Source: an uncultured Saprospirales bacterium
Lineage (GTDB): Bacteria; Bacteroidota; Bacteroidia; Chitinophagales; JADIYW01
Direction of reading: 5' to 3'
Assembly (NCBI GenBank): GCA_938008535.1
Contig: CALLKF010000164.1
Coordinates: forward strand, 10,202-74,201
DNA length: 64,000 nt
Shown piece after piece: positions 21,461 to 32,201 of this stretch. Both the position numbers and the translations under genes were made by a program. Below the pieces are notes generated by a model that saw only the letters and a list, made by a program, of their open reading frames with translations, ran no database searches and was not told where the DNA came from. Positions within the stretch are counted from its first letter, which is position 1. Every line of letters begins with the position of its first letter.

Positions 21461-22276
21461 TTATTTTTGCTGTACTTTTTTAATACTCAAGTTCATAATA
21501 AAATCTACTAAACCAGGAAAAAACCGTTTTAAAATTAATGACATTTTTCCATCAAATCCTGGAATTATCATTTTTTTATTTTTTTGAATGCCTTTTAAAA
21601 CAGCATTTGCAACAAATTCTGGTTGTAATAATTTGGCATTTCCTGCAATTGCTTTTGTTTCTGCTGGCTTCGTTATATTTTCTGCTTCTAGTCCAGGTGT
21701 ATCTGTATCTGGTGGACATAAAACAGATACGGAAATGTTATAACGTTTTAGCTCTTGACGAAGTGCGTCAGAAAAACCAATGATACCAAATTTTGTCATA
21801 CAATAATCGGTATAACCGAAAACACCAATAAAACCTGCTACAGACGATGTATTCATAATATAACCACCTTTCTGTTTCATGTGAGGCAATATATTATAAA
21901 CGGAATTCCAGGTAGAATATAAATTCGTTTTAATTAACTTATCAAAACTTTCAAACGTAATATTTTCAAAATAATCTGGTTGTGCAATACCAACGCAATT
22001 GATTAAAATATCAGGAATGCCATTTTCTAAAATTGCTTTTTCAAAAACCGTTTTAACATCATTATTATCTGAAGTATCAACGCTGTAATAATATACTTTC
22101 TGCGATTGATTTTTTTGAACAGATTTTATTTCATCGACTGCACTTTCTAGTTTATTTATGGTTCTGGCAAAAATAACTACATTGCTACCTTCTATAGCCA
22201 ATGCTTTGGCAACTGCTAAGCCAATACCAGTAGAACCACCAGTAATAAATGCTGTTTTGTTTTGATAAAAACTCAT
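21461..22276 (-). CDS. Short-chain dehydrogenase/reductase (classical SDR)
   Basis: TGGSTGIG cofactor motif and the YxxxK context (YCMTKFG). Confidence 0.85.
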   Translation of the reverse strand: MSFYQNKTAFITGGSTGIGLAVAKALAIEGSNVVIFARTINKLESAVDEIKSVQKNQSQKVYYYSVDTSDNNDVKTVFEKAILENGIPDILINCVGIAQPDYFENITFESFDKLIKTNLYSTWNSVYNILPHMKQKGGYIMNTSSVAGFIGVFGYTDYCMTKFGIIGFSDALRQELKRYNISVSVLCPPDTDTPGLEAENITKPAETKAIAGNAKLLQPEFVANAVLKGIQKNKKMIIPGFDGKMSLILKRFFPGLVDFIMNLSIKKVQQK

Positions 22277-22277
22277 G

Positions 22278-23309
22278 CTATTTTTGTTTAAGCTTAGTAA
22301 AATCGAGGGTTTTCATCCATTCCATCGTTTTTGCAAAACCTTCTTTATACGTAACCTTTGGAGTCCAATCTAACTCTCTTTTTGCTTTATCAATGGAAAA
22401 TCGCAAGCGTGAACCTAAATTTTTTACAGTGTATGTTGTGAGCAATGGTCTATCTTTTTGATTAACTAATTTCCCAAAAAATTCCATAACTACAGCAACA
22501 CTATATGCCAACCAATATGGAATTCTCATTTTCACTTCTTTTGCGTTTATTGATTTTGCCAAGCTATTGGTAAATTCTTCCAATGTTGTATGTTCTCCAT
22601 CGTGTATCAGGTAGCCGTTACCAATAGCACGTATATCTTCAGCAATTAACATCAATAAATCAACTAAGTTTTCAATGTAGGTTGGCCAAACAATCGCATT
22701 TTTGCGCATAAAAACCATTTCTTTTTTCAGAACTGCATCTGCTAAATGTGGCACAAATGTTTTGTCGCCAGGTCCGAAAATCCAGCATGGATACACCATA
22801 GTTACTGGTAAGTTTTTTTCTTTATAATATTTCCAGGCAATTTCTTCAGCTATTAATTTTGTATCAGGATAAGGTTCATTCCATGGTGTAAGTGGAAAAG
22901 TTTCATCCATCACTACATCTTCACGCAATCCAAAAACATCATTTGTACTTATTTTCACAAACCTTGATACGTTGGCTTCGCTTGCTGCGCGACAAACATT
23001 TTCGGTTCCATTTATCATCACCTGTTCAAATATCTCACGCTTGCCCCAATCTGAAACAAAAGCAGCACAATGAAAAACAATGTCAATATCATCTGTTAGT
23101 CCTTTTTTTACTTCTTCGTAATTTCTAATATCACCATAAATAATTTCGACATTTTTGTTTTGCAAATTTTTAATTTCAGGATCGTTAGGTAATACAAATG
23201 CTCGTACAACATTTTCTTTTTGCAGATTCGCATTTACTAAATGTGTACCCAAAAATCCTGTTGCTCCAGTAATAAAAACTTTTGTCGGCATATTTTCTAT
23301 ATTTAGCAA
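22278..23309 (-). CDS. NAD-dependent epimerase/dehydratase family protein (extended SDR, 3-beta-HSD-like)
   Basis: VFITGATGFLGTHL Rossmann motif and PYPDTKLIAE (YxxxK). Confidence 0.85.
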   Translation of the reverse strand: MLNIENMPTKVFITGATGFLGTHLVNANLQKENVVRAFVLPNDPEIKNLQNKNVEIIYGDIRNYEEVKKGLTDDIDIVFHCAAFVSDWGKREIFEQVMINGTENVCRAASEANVSRFVKISTNDVFGLREDVVMDETFPLTPWNEPYPDTKLIAEEIAWKYYKEKNLPVTMVYPCWIFGPGDKTFVPHLADAVLKKEMVFMRKNAIVWPTYIENLVDLLMLIAEDIRAIGNGYLIHDGEHTTLEEFTNSLAKSINAKEVKMRIPYWLAYSVAVVMEFFGKLVNQKDRPLLTTYTVKNLGSRLRFSIDKAKRELDWTPKVTYKEGFAKTMEWMKTLDFTKLKQK

Positions 23310-23372
23310 AAAAGAGTATGCTGTTTAAAACCAAGTAAATATAAAAAAACAAAAAAATTAGTTAATACAATT

Positions 23373-23792
23373 TTATTTTGTTTTTTTCATCTCTTCCAAC
23401 ATTTGTATAATCTTATCTAGTTTTTCCGTTTCAATTAAATTAAGTTGTTTCTGTAAAGCTTCGATTTCTAATTTTGCATCTAGGTTTGTTTGGTAATCAG
23501 CTTGTGCTTGTGCTCTGTCTCTATCGCTTTGTCGGTTCTGAGCCATCATAATTATTGGTGCAGCATAAGCAGCTTGTGTAGAAAATAATAAATTCAGCAA
23601 GATAAATGGATATGGATCCCATTTTTGAATAAATCCTAAAACATTCAAACCCATCCAAATTATTACAAAAACTGTTTGTATAATTATAAATCGCCATGAA
23701 CCCATGCCAGTTGCTACGGAATCTGCAAGACGTTGACCAAATGAAGACACTTCAATGTGTTCTTCGTGCCAGTTTTTATTTTTTTTTGCCAT
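23373..23792 (-). CDS. DUF1003-like membrane protein
   Basis: I prefer the start MAKKNKNWHE (Met19 of the track ORF), which removes the overlap with the upstream gene. Two TM helices, then NRQSDRDRAQAQADY and a coiled tail. Confidence 0.6.
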   Translation of the reverse strand: MAKKNKNWHEEHIEVSSFGQRLADSVATGMGSWRFIIIQTVFVIIWMGLNVLGFIQKWDPYPFILLNLLFSTQAAYAAPIIMMAQNRQSDRDRAQAQADYQTNLDAKLEIEALQKQLNLIETEKLDKIIQMLEEMKKTK

Positions 23793-23794
23793 TT

Positions 23795-24778
23795 TTATTT
23801 TATTAATTGTTGTAATTCTTTTGTGGTTACTGTAAGTAAACCGCAAGGTGCTAATCTTTTAGTAAGCTCTCTCCAATTTTGATCTTTTGCATAAATTTTT
23901 TGTAACAAAACTGCAGCTTCGCTAACTCTTTTATTATTTGCTAATGTTATAGCTGTCCAATATTGCATTTCCAAATTAGAAGGAAGCAATTTCATTGCTG
24001 ATTTATATGCTTCCATAGCAGCTTTAAAGTCATTTTTTTCAGCAAACAAATCACCTTGATTCATGAATTCATACGCTCTGAATGTTTTTAATAATCGTTC
24101 CAGTTCTTTAATCGGTTCTTTATGGTCATCCACACGCAAATCTATTAAACGGTCTTCCCATGAATTGCCATTGCTACGCGGACGAACTACTATTAATGAT
24201 GCAGATTGTTTGCCACGAATATCACCACCAGCTTTTTGCGCAGCTTTCATTACTTCTATTATTCTTTCAGCCAAAGGTTTTCCAGCATTTTCCAGCCAAG
24301 ACTTTTCCATTGCAGGTACAACTTTATCAGTCAGCATCATATTTGCTTGCACAGAAAAATTTTGTCCGTTTTTATGATCTGCAAATTGAATACATTTTTG
24401 TCCGGTATGTGTTACTACATTTCCAAATGTATCAATAATTGCAACTTGTCGAACCTCTTTTCCAGCATCATCTGCTAATAAAATATTCAATGCTTCCTGA
24501 GGCGTTTTTCCTTGTTTTAATAATTCTAAACCACGAACACCAAACGAAACATTTACAAACGATTGTGTAGCTACAGCACCAACACCAGCTTGTGCCCATG
24601 AAACAACAGTACCAACGCTAAACCAATGCGATTGAACGCCAACTGCAATTTCGCCAGTTTTTTCATCGCGTGCAACAATTGAAAATGTATGTGCAAATGG
24701 TTCTTTACTGAATAATTGTCTAGACATGATATTGTTAATTAGACAAAACGATATAAAAATAAACAACAGACGTTTCAT
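23795..24778 (-). CDS. DUF1028 (Ntn-hydrolase-like) protein with a C-terminal TPR-like region, exported
   Basis: Signal peptide, then HTFSIVARDEKTGEIAVGVQSHWFSVG, typical of DUF1028. Confidence 0.6.
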   Translation of the reverse strand: MKRLLFIFISFCLINNIMSRQLFSKEPFAHTFSIVARDEKTGEIAVGVQSHWFSVGTVVSWAQAGVGAVATQSFVNVSFGVRGLELLKQGKTPQEALNILLADDAGKEVRQVAIIDTFGNVVTHTGQKCIQFADHKNGQNFSVQANMMLTDKVVPAMEKSWLENAGKPLAERIIEVMKAAQKAGGDIRGKQSASLIVVRPRSNGNSWEDRLIDLRVDDHKEPIKELERLLKTFRAYEFMNQGDLFAEKNDFKAAMEAYKSAMKLLPSNLEMQYWTAITLANNKRVSEAAVLLQKIYAKDQNWRELTKRLAPCGLLTVTTKELQQLIK

Positions 24779-24813
24779 AAAGTCAGATTTTTATTAAAGA
24801 TAGGCAGATTCTG

Positions 24814-25317
24814 TTATATCTTTCCTCTTAAACCTAACTCTATCAATTCCATTTTTTGTGGTTTGCCATTTTCTATTTCAAACCGTAAAATAGTTTTCAT
24901 TTTATGAAAGCCATGCACACCTGCAGCACCTGGATTGATATGCAGTAAATTAAATTTCTCATCACGCATAATTTTTAAAATATGCGAATGACCACAAACT
25001 AAAATATTTGGCTTTTCCTGTTTAATAATTTCGCGCACACGCTGATTATATACGCCAACTGCGCCTGCGATATGTGTAATAAATATTTTACAATTTTCTA
25101 CTTCAAAAATTAAATCTTCCGGAAATTCTGAACGCAATTCGTGTCCGTCAATATTGCCATAAACAGCGCGTAATGGTTTGAAATTTTTTAATTGATCCGT
25201 AACTGTATTTATACCAATATCACCAGCATGCCAGATCTCATCAACATCCTTAAAATAGTCAAACACTTGTTTGTCTAAATAACTGTGTGTGTCAGAAATG
25301 ATGCCTATTCGTGTCAT
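24814..25317 (-). CDS. YfcE/MJ0936-family metallophosphoesterase
   Basis: IGIISDTHS, HAGDIG, GNIDG and CGHSH motifs. Confidence 0.8.
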   Translation of the reverse strand: MTRIGIISDTHSYLDKQVFDYFKDVDEIWHAGDIGINTVTDQLKNFKPLRAVYGNIDGHELRSEFPEDLIFEVENCKIFITHIAGAVGVYNQRVREIIKQEKPNILVCGHSHILKIMRDEKFNLLHINPGAAGVHGFHKMKTILRFEIENGKPQKMELIELGLRGKI

Positions 25318-26510
25318 TAATTTTTTATCAATTTAGAATAGAAAAAGATTGCTGTAGCACAAAATAAAATAACGATGCACCAAAGCATATTAAAGCCAAA
25401 ATGTTGTGCCACAGCGGAACCTAAGAACGAACCAGAACTCTGTGCAATTGCCCATGTCATTGTCCAAATGCCAGCATATTGACCGCGATTGGTTTCGTCG
25501 GCTCTTGTCATCCAAAAAGAAACTAAAACAGAAAACGCGAAAATTTCGCTCAGTGTAATAAATGTCATGCTTATAAAAGCAACTAAGAAATTTACTTTAA
25601 AAATAACCAAAATTGCATACGCGATAATATGCAATGAAACACCAAAAATAACGGCTTTGCGTTTGCTACAGTTTCTTTCTAAATAATACACCAAAGACAT
25701 TTCAATCAATACAATTAAAATTCCGTTCCACATCATCAATATACCAATTGATCGCTCTGATAGCAACACTTCATTTTTAAAATAGGTGGTAAGATTAGAT
25801 AGCATTTGAAAAAAACTCATGATATAGAGCAATGAAACCAGCACAAATGAAATGAAAACTTTGTCTTTGTGTGCTGACACTTTTACTAGTACATTTTCAA
25901 GTTTATTTACTGCATCTTTTACTATGACAGGTGGCAACAATAAATAAATTAACAGCGCAGCAATCATGTTAGTGATGCCGTCAATCCAAAATAAATATTG
26001 GTAAGAATAGCTTGCTATTAAACCACCTAAACCGCCACCGACAGCCCAGCCTAAATTGAATGATAAACGCATTAATGAAAATGAACGCATGCGGTTTTCT
26101 TCCGTGCTGTATTTTGCCATAGCTGCTGAATTTGCAGGTCGAAAGGCTTCGTTGATCGATCCTAAAATAAAAACACAGATTGAAATAGAATAATAAGTGC
26201 GCAGTTGTCCAAGAACAATAAAAATGCAGCCACCTAAAATTAGTGTTGCTAATTGAACTTTATAAAAACCAATTTTGTCTGTAAGTTTTCCGCCAAGCAA
26301 ACTTCCGAAAATGGCACCGATTCCAAAAAATGCGATCACGCTGCCAGCTTGCGTTAATGTGCAGCCAATTTGTGATGTTAAGTAGATCATTAAAAATGCA
26401 CCAACCATTGTGCCGCATCGGTTCACTAAATTTACAAAAGCAAGCAGCCAGATTTCTTTGGACAAACCTTTGTACGTATTAATATAATATTTGGCAGCAT
26501 TTTCAATCAT
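25317..26510 (-). CDS. MFS transporter
   Basis: 397 aa with about 12 hydrophobic segments and a GGKLTDKIG loop 2-3 motif. Confidence 0.8.
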   Translation of the reverse strand: MIENAAKYYINTYKGLSKEIWLLAFVNLVNRCGTMVGAFLMIYLTSQIGCTLTQAGSVIAFFGIGAIFGSLLGGKLTDKIGFYKVQLATLILGGCIFIVLGQLRTYYSISICVFILGSINEAFRPANSAAMAKYSTEENRMRSFSLMRLSFNLGWAVGGGLGGLIASYSYQYLFWIDGITNMIAALLIYLLLPPVIVKDAVNKLENVLVKVSAHKDKVFISFVLVSLLYIMSFFQMLSNLTTYFKNEVLLSERSIGILMMWNGILIVLIEMSLVYYLERNCSKRKAVIFGVSLHIIAYAILVIFKVNFLVAFISMTFITLSEIFAFSVLVSFWMTRADETNRGQYAGIWTMTWAIAQSSGSFLGSAVAQHFGFNMLWCIVILFCATAIFFYSKLIKN

Positions 26511-26553
26511 GTGTTTGTAAAAATAGATAATAGCAAACTAAAAAGAGATGGAA

Positions 26554-27480
26554 TTATTTTATGGCTTCATCAATAAAGCTGATGATCGCTTTAATTTCTT
26601 TTGGCTGAAACCATGTGTAATCTTTGTTTTTATTAAAAAAAGTAAGTTGACGTTTGGCGTATTGACGTGTATGCAGTTTGATCAATTCAACGGCTTCATT
26701 CAAAGTTGTTTTGTCATCTATAAAATCAAATAATTCCTTGTAGCCAACAGTTTGCAGCGCATTGTGAGCTCTGTAGTTATAAACTGATTTTGCTTCTTCC
26801 AGAAAGCCTTGACGCATCATTTCATCAACGCGTGTATTGATATTGTGATGCAATTGGTCTTTAGATAAATTTATACCGATTTTTATTGGCGTAAAATTTC
26901 GATGGACATCATTTTTTCTTTTGAAATAAGAAAATTTTTGCTGTGTGCCAATGCAAACTTCCAGCGCACGAATTACTCGTTGCGGATTTTGTATATCTAT
27001 CGAATGATACGTTTCTTCGTCTAATTCTTTTAGTTTTTGTTGTAATGGTTCGATGCCAAAATCCTTATAATTTTGATTTAATTCTTCACGTATTTTTTCA
27101 TCAATTGTTGGAATTTCATCGAAACCATTTAATATTGCATTGATATAAAAACCGGTGCCACCACAAAGTACGAGTACGTTTTTTGTTTTAAATAAATCAT
27201 CTAATAACGCAATCACTTCTCGCTCATATTCACCTGCTGAGAAATATTCGTCAATGCTTTTGTTTGCAATAAAATGATGTTTGACTTCATTTAATTCGTC
27301 AACACTTGGCCGCGCAACACCAATATTTAATTCTTTAAAGATTTGTCGTGAATCTGCAGAAATAATTTCCGTATCAAAATGTTTTGCAATTTGAATAGCA
27401 ACAGAAGTTTTACCAACGGCTGTTGGTCCTGCGATGATGATTAGAAATTTAGGATTTGAGATTTCTGATTTGAGATTCAT
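26554..27480 (-). CDS. miaA: tRNA dimethylallyltransferase
   Basis: AGPTAVGKTS P-loop, SADSRQIF, and the overall MiaA layout. Confidence 0.9.
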   Translation of the reverse strand: MNLKSEISNPKFLIIIAGPTAVGKTSVAIQIAKHFDTEIISADSRQIFKELNIGVARPSVDELNEVKHHFIANKSIDEYFSAGEYEREVIALLDDLFKTKNVLVLCGGTGFYINAILNGFDEIPTIDEKIREELNQNYKDFGIEPLQQKLKELDEETYHSIDIQNPQRVIRALEVCIGTQQKFSYFKRKNDVHRNFTPIKIGINLSKDQLHHNINTRVDEMMRQGFLEEAKSVYNYRAHNALQTVGYKELFDFIDDKTTLNEAVELIKLHTRQYAKRQLTFFNKNKDYTWFQPKEIKAIISFIDEAIK

Positions 27481-27488
27481 TTTATTTG

Positions 27489-28907
27489 CTATTTATCAAT
27501 CGTCAAATTCAATTCTTTGCCTTTTTGTATCATCAGCTCAAATGCTTCGTCGTAATCATTTTTTATCACACCATCTAAAATGGAATCTTTAATAAAATCT
27601 TTAATCGTTCCGACTTCGCGTGATGGTTTAATATTAAACGTTTGCATAATAATTTCGCCGGTAATTGGTGGCTGCCAGTTGCGAATATGATCGCGTGCTT
27701 CAACTTCTTTTATTTTCTGTTGCACTAACACTAAATTGGCTTTGTAGCGCTTTACTTTTGTTTCATTTTTAGAAGTGATATCAGCATCGCACAACATCAA
27801 CAAACTTTCCAGGTCATCGCCTGCATCAAACAAAATACGACGAATAGCTGAATCGGTAATGTTTTCTTTAGTTAATGAAATTGGACGCAAATGCAACATC
27901 ACCATTTTTTGCACGAATCGCATTTTTTCGTCTAACGGCAATTTAAATCGTGCAAAAATTTTCGGTGTCCATTTGGCACCAACTACTTCGTGTCCGTGAA
28001 ACGTCCAGCCGTGACCTTCTTCAAACCGTTGCGTTGCAGGTTTTGCTATGTCATGTAAAATTGCAGACCAGCGCAGCCAGAGATCATTCGTGTTTTGTGA
28101 TAAATTGTCAAGTACTTGTAACGTGTGATAAAAATTATCTTTGTGACCTAAATTATCTTTGATTGAAACACCATGCAGTTTCACCATTTCAGGAAAAAAC
28201 TGGTGCAGTAACTTTGTATCGAACAATAATTTGAAACCAGCAGAAGGTGTTTTTGATAAGATGATTTTATTCAATTCATCCGTTATTCTTTCTTGCGAAA
28301 TTATTTTTAATCTATCAGCCAATGGCTCAATATGCTGATACGTATTTTCTTCAATAGTAAAATTTAATTGTGCTGCAAAACGCACTGCACGCATCATACG
28401 CAACGGATCATCGTCGAATGTAATTTTAGGATCTAATGGTGTGCGAATGATACCATTTTTCAAATCTTCTAAACCATTGAACGCATCAATAACTTCACCA
28501 AATTTATTTTTTGATAAATGAATAGCTAACGCGTTAATAGTAAAATCTCGTCTTGAAATATCATCTTCCAAAGTGCCATCTTCTACAATTGGTTTGCGTG
28601 AATCACGTTGATAGGATTCTTTACGCGCGCCAACAAATTCCAGTTCTATATCGTGTAGTTTTATTTGTGCTGTTCCAAAGTTTTTGAAGTAAGCAACATA
28701 CGGTTTTGGCTGGATTTTTTCTGCAATTTTTTTCGCTAATTCAATGCCTGAGCCAACACAAACGATATCTATATCTTTACAATCACGATTTAAAATTTTG
28801 TCACGCACGAAACCACCAACAGCATACGCATCGATGTTTAATTCATCGGCACTTTGCGCTACAAGTTGCAGTAATTCATTTTCTCTTTCTGTAAAATTCA
28901 AAGTCAT
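27489..28907 (-). CDS. cca: CCA-adding tRNA nucleotidyltransferase / poly(A) polymerase family with an HD domain
   Basis: GGFVRDKILNR..DIDIV nucleotidyltransferase motif, RRDFTINA, and the HD region HDIAKP. Confidence 0.8.
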   Translation of the reverse strand: MTLNFTERENELLQLVAQSADELNIDAYAVGGFVRDKILNRDCKDIDIVCVGSGIELAKKIAEKIQPKPYVAYFKNFGTAQIKLHDIELEFVGARKESYQRDSRKPIVEDGTLEDDISRRDFTINALAIHLSKNKFGEVIDAFNGLEDLKNGIIRTPLDPKITFDDDPLRMMRAVRFAAQLNFTIEENTYQHIEPLADRLKIISQERITDELNKIILSKTPSAGFKLLFDTKLLHQFFPEMVKLHGVSIKDNLGHKDNFYHTLQVLDNLSQNTNDLWLRWSAILHDIAKPATQRFEEGHGWTFHGHEVVGAKWTPKIFARFKLPLDEKMRFVQKMVMLHLRPISLTKENITDSAIRRILFDAGDDLESLLMLCDADITSKNETKVKRYKANLVLVQQKIKEVEARDHIRNWQPPITGEIIMQTFNIKPSREVGTIKDFIKDSILDGVIKNDYDEAFELMIQKGKELNLTIDK

Positions 28908-28961
28908 TTGAACGCAAAGATAAGATTAGTAATGAGTAGAAAGTAGTAAGTAGAAAGAAAG

Positions 28962-29531
28962 TTATCGCAAATATTCGATTGAATTGTCTGTGTTTATTCT
29001 TATGAGTTTAGATGGTTGTTTGTAAGTAGATGTATCATGTCTTCTTTCTACAATAAAATCCACTTTATCTTTTATTTCAGATGAAATTTGTCCAAATTCT
29101 AATGGCGTTTTTTCACCGGAAATATTGGCTGATGTGCTGATGATTGGCTTGCCAAATTCACGAATTAATTGCTGACAGAATTTGTGTTTTACTAAACGTA
29201 TAGCAACCGTATTGTCTTCGTTAATTACATTTTTTGCCAAGCCTAAAGGATTTGGATAAATGATAGTTGTAGGAACTTTTAAAGAAAAAATCAGCGACTC
29301 AATTTCATTGGTTATGTTTACATGCTTTTCTAATGTTTCGATGGAATCTACTAAAACAATCAAACTTTTTTCTTTTGGTCGTTGTTTGATTTCAAAAATT
29401 TTATCGACAGCATCTGCGTTGCTTGCATCGCACCCAAGACCCCAAATGGTATCAGTTGGATACAATAAAATATTGCCTTCTATCAAGTGGTTGATACAGC
29501 GAATTAAATGACTGTCTAATTTAACTTTCAT
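28962..29531 (-). CDS. tsaC: L-threonylcarbamoyladenylate synthase (YrdC/TsaC type)
   Basis: YPTDTIWGLGCDA and STSANISG motifs. 189 aa, single-domain form. Confidence 0.85.
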   Translation of the reverse strand: MKVKLDSHLIRCINHLIEGNILLYPTDTIWGLGCDASNADAVDKIFEIKQRPKEKSLIVLVDSIETLEKHVNITNEIESLIFSLKVPTTIIYPNPLGLAKNVINEDNTVAIRLVKHKFCQQLIREFGKPIISTSANISGEKTPLEFGQISSEIKDKVDFIVERRHDTSTYKQPSKLIRINTDNSIEYLR

Positions 29532-29548
29532 AGAAAATACAAAACCAT

Positions 29549-30664
29549 TTACGCAAGACTTTTATAAACACGCATCATTTTTTCCGTCATTTTTTCCGGA
29601 TTGAATTTTTGAACTTGATGAATTGATTTTTGTTTGATCTCGGCTGCTAATTCTAAATTGTAATAAATAAAATTGATGGCTGCCGAAATTTCTTCCACAT
29701 TCATCGGATCAACAAAGATGCAAGCATCACCGCCAACTTCAGGCATAGATGAAATGTTGCTGGTGATGACCGGTTTGCCGCAGCGCAAAGCTTCCAAAAT
29801 GGGCAACCCAAATCCTTCGTACAAACTCGGATACACTAAGCCTTGCGACATATGATAAATGATCGGCAATTCGTACCAAGGCAAATCTTTCAGAAAAAAA
29901 ACACGACCTTCCAAGCCATTTTCATAGATAAAATTTTCTGAATTCTGATAATCGTCACCACCATTTGAAATCGCAACCAAATGCTTGTCGGAATTTTCCG
30001 GTAATGTCATCGCTTTTAAGATGTTGATGAAATTTTTTCGCTTATTCAACGCACCAACAAACAATACAAAATCGCGCGGCAAGCCATATCGCGCAAAATA
30101 TTCATCCTTTAAAACATAATTACATTCGTACTCATATTCTTTATTCCATGTTGGATAAACCACATGAATTTTTTCTTCAGGAACTTTAAATAATTCCATC
30201 AAGTCTTGCTTTGTTTGCTCACTAACTGCAATAATGGCATCAGCAATATGACATGCTTTTTTTGTTTTATACGCATACATTTGACGGTCAATAAATGGAA
30301 ATGTTTTTGGTAATTTTTGAAAGATAACGTCATGAATCGTTACCACTTTTTTCATTGGTTGTGGTAAGTCAGGCACTTCAGCACTCAAGCCATGATAGAT
30401 ATTAATTCCATGTTTAAAGATATCTTCTTCAACGCCTTTAAACCGCCAAAGATCAGCACTGAACGCGTCAGAAATTACAGTTCGGTCAACGTATTCTTTG
30501 TATTTGTACGGACTGTCTTCAAAATATTTTTGATGAACAAAAATCTTGTATTCTTCATTTGGGAAAAACTGTAATAATCGATTAAACAGTGTTCGCGAAT
30601 AATTTCCTAAACCTGTTTTATTATCGTATAAACGTTTTCCGTCGAAACCTATAGTTAATGGCAT
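29549..30664 (-). CDS. Family 1 (GT4-type) glycosyltransferase
   Basis: C-terminal YPSLYEGFGLPILEA (EX7E motif). Confidence 0.8.
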   Translation of the reverse strand: MPLTIGFDGKRLYDNKTGLGNYSRTLFNRLLQFFPNEEYKIFVHQKYFEDSPYKYKEYVDRTVISDAFSADLWRFKGVEEDIFKHGINIYHGLSAEVPDLPQPMKKVVTIHDVIFQKLPKTFPFIDRQMYAYKTKKACHIADAIIAVSEQTKQDLMELFKVPEEKIHVVYPTWNKEYEYECNYVLKDEYFARYGLPRDFVLFVGALNKRKNFINILKAMTLPENSDKHLVAISNGGDDYQNSENFIYENGLEGRVFFLKDLPWYELPIIYHMSQGLVYPSLYEGFGLPILEALRCGKPVITSNISSMPEVGGDACIFVDPMNVEEISAAINFIYYNLELAAEIKQKSIHQVQKFNPEKMTEKMMRVYKSLA

Positions 30665-30688
30665 TGTTCTTACTACTTTATTTTCATA

Positions 30689-31504
30689 CTATACAGACAA
30701 ATCAAAATCTCTCAATGCATCATTTAAAGAAGTCTTGGTATCGGTGCTTTCTTTTCTTTTTCCGATAATTAATGCGCATGGCACCTGGTAAATTCCTGCA
30801 GGAAATTGTTTTGGAATGGTTCCTGGAATGACTACACTTCTTGCAGGCACCACTCCACGATATTCTTTTGGCTCGCTACCTGAAACATCAATGATTTTTG
30901 TGGACATAGTTAAAACTACGTTTGCACCTAATACAGCTTCTTGTTCTACTCGAACACCTTCTACAACAATGCATCTTGAGCCAATAAAACAATCATCTTC
31001 TATAATAACAGGTGCAGCTTGCACTGGTTCAAGAACGCCGCCAATACCAACGCCACCACTTAGATGAACATTTTTGCCAATCTGCGCACAACTGCCAACT
31101 GTTGCCCAAGTATCTACCATTGTTCCGCTATCAACATATGCACCAATATTTACATAAGATGGCATCATAATAACACCTTTAGCTAAAAATGCACCGCGAC
31201 GAGCAATTGCGTGTGGAACCACACGAACACCTAATGCAGCATAATTTCTTTTCAATGGAATTTTGTCGTGAAATTCAAATGGGCCAACTTCAATTGTTTC
31301 CATTTTTTGTGTTGGAAAATAAAGAATCACCGCTTTTTTGATCCAGTCGTTAACATGCCAGTCGTTATTTATTTTTTCAGCTACACGCAATTTCCCTAAG
31401 TCTAATTGCGTTATTACTTCGTTGATAGCATCTAAAGTGGCAGCATCTTGTAATAAAGTTCTGTCATTCCACGCTTTTTCTATAATTTGTTTAATATCGT
31501 CCAT
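30689..31504 (-). CDS. dapD: 2,3,4,5-tetrahydropyridine-2,6-dicarboxylate N-succinyltransferase
   Basis: Full-length DapD pattern with hexapeptide repeats (GAYVDSGTMVDTWATVGSCAQIGKNVHLSGGVGIGG). I prefer the start MDDIKQ (Met9 of the track ORF). Confidence 0.9.
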   Translation of the reverse strand: MDDIKQIIEKAWNDRTLLQDAATLDAINEVITQLDLGKLRVAEKINNDWHVNDWIKKAVILYFPTQKMETIEVGPFEFHDKIPLKRNYAALGVRVVPHAIARRGAFLAKGVIMMPSYVNIGAYVDSGTMVDTWATVGSCAQIGKNVHLSGGVGIGGVLEPVQAAPVIIEDDCFIGSRCIVVEGVRVEQEAVLGANVVLTMSTKIIDVSGSEPKEYRGVVPARSVVIPGTIPKQFPAGIYQVPCALIIGKRKESTDTKTSLNDALRDFDLSV

Positions 31505-31546
31505 AAAAATTCCGAAATTTGTCGTCAAAATTAAATATTTAAAGTT

Positions 31547-32200
31547 ATGAAACTGATTAAAAATAAATTAAATGTGTACTTAAAGCTGTTGATACTATTT
31601 TTTGTGTTCATAAGTATCACATCTTGTAATAATAAAAAGAAAGTAGAAGTAAAAAATAAAGAAGGAATTGTGGTGGAAAGTTATTTTGTTGACAAAAAAA
31701 ATCCGTCTGAAAAAATAGGTGTTTATAATAGATATTATGATGATGGAAAAATTGTAGAAGTAGCCAATTATAAAAATGGAAAATTAAATGGTGTACGAAC
31801 GCTTTATCATCCAAATGGAAATAAAATGCAAGAAGAAAATTATATAGATGATAAATTAGAAGGAAAAGTGACTTCTTATTTTGAAGATGGATCGCTGCAA
31901 CAGGAAGCTGTTTATAAAGATAATTCAGGAAATGGTGTTTGGAAAAATTACTTTAAAGATCAAAAAAATGTAGTGAAAGAAGAGGTTACAATTGTGGAAA
32001 ATAAAATAAACGGTGCTTTTAAAGAATTTTATCCAAATGGAAAATTACATGCGACAGGCAAAAAAATAGAAGTAAATGAAGGACCAGACGCATTTGATAC
32101 ATATGATGGAAAAGTAGAAGTGTATGATTCTACTGGAACGCTGGAAAAAATACTTACCTTTGAAAACGGCAAACAAATTGCAAAAGAGGAAAAAAAATAA
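31547..32200 (+). CDS. MORN-repeat-variant (YwqK-like) lipoprotein
   Basis: Lipobox ISITSC, followed by repeated YxNGKxxG modules. Confidence 0.6.
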   Translation: MKLIKNKLNVYLKLLILFFVFISITSCNNKKKVEVKNKEGIVVESYFVDKKNPSEKIGVYNRYYDDGKIVEVANYKNGKLNGVRTLYHPNGNKMQEENYIDDKLEGKVTSYFEDGSLQQEAVYKDNSGNGVWKNYFKDQKNVVKEEVTIVENKINGAFKEFYPNGKLHATGKKIEVNEGPDAFDTYDGKVEVYDSTGTLEKILTFENGKQIAKEEKK

Positions 32201-32201
32201 A

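Noticed and set aside
31547-32200. Treating the YwqK-like MORN protein as a toxin-antitoxin antitoxin
   Set aside because: It has a lipoprotein signal (ISITSC) and no adjacent toxin. The antitoxin label that attaches to this family by homology does not fit an exported protein.
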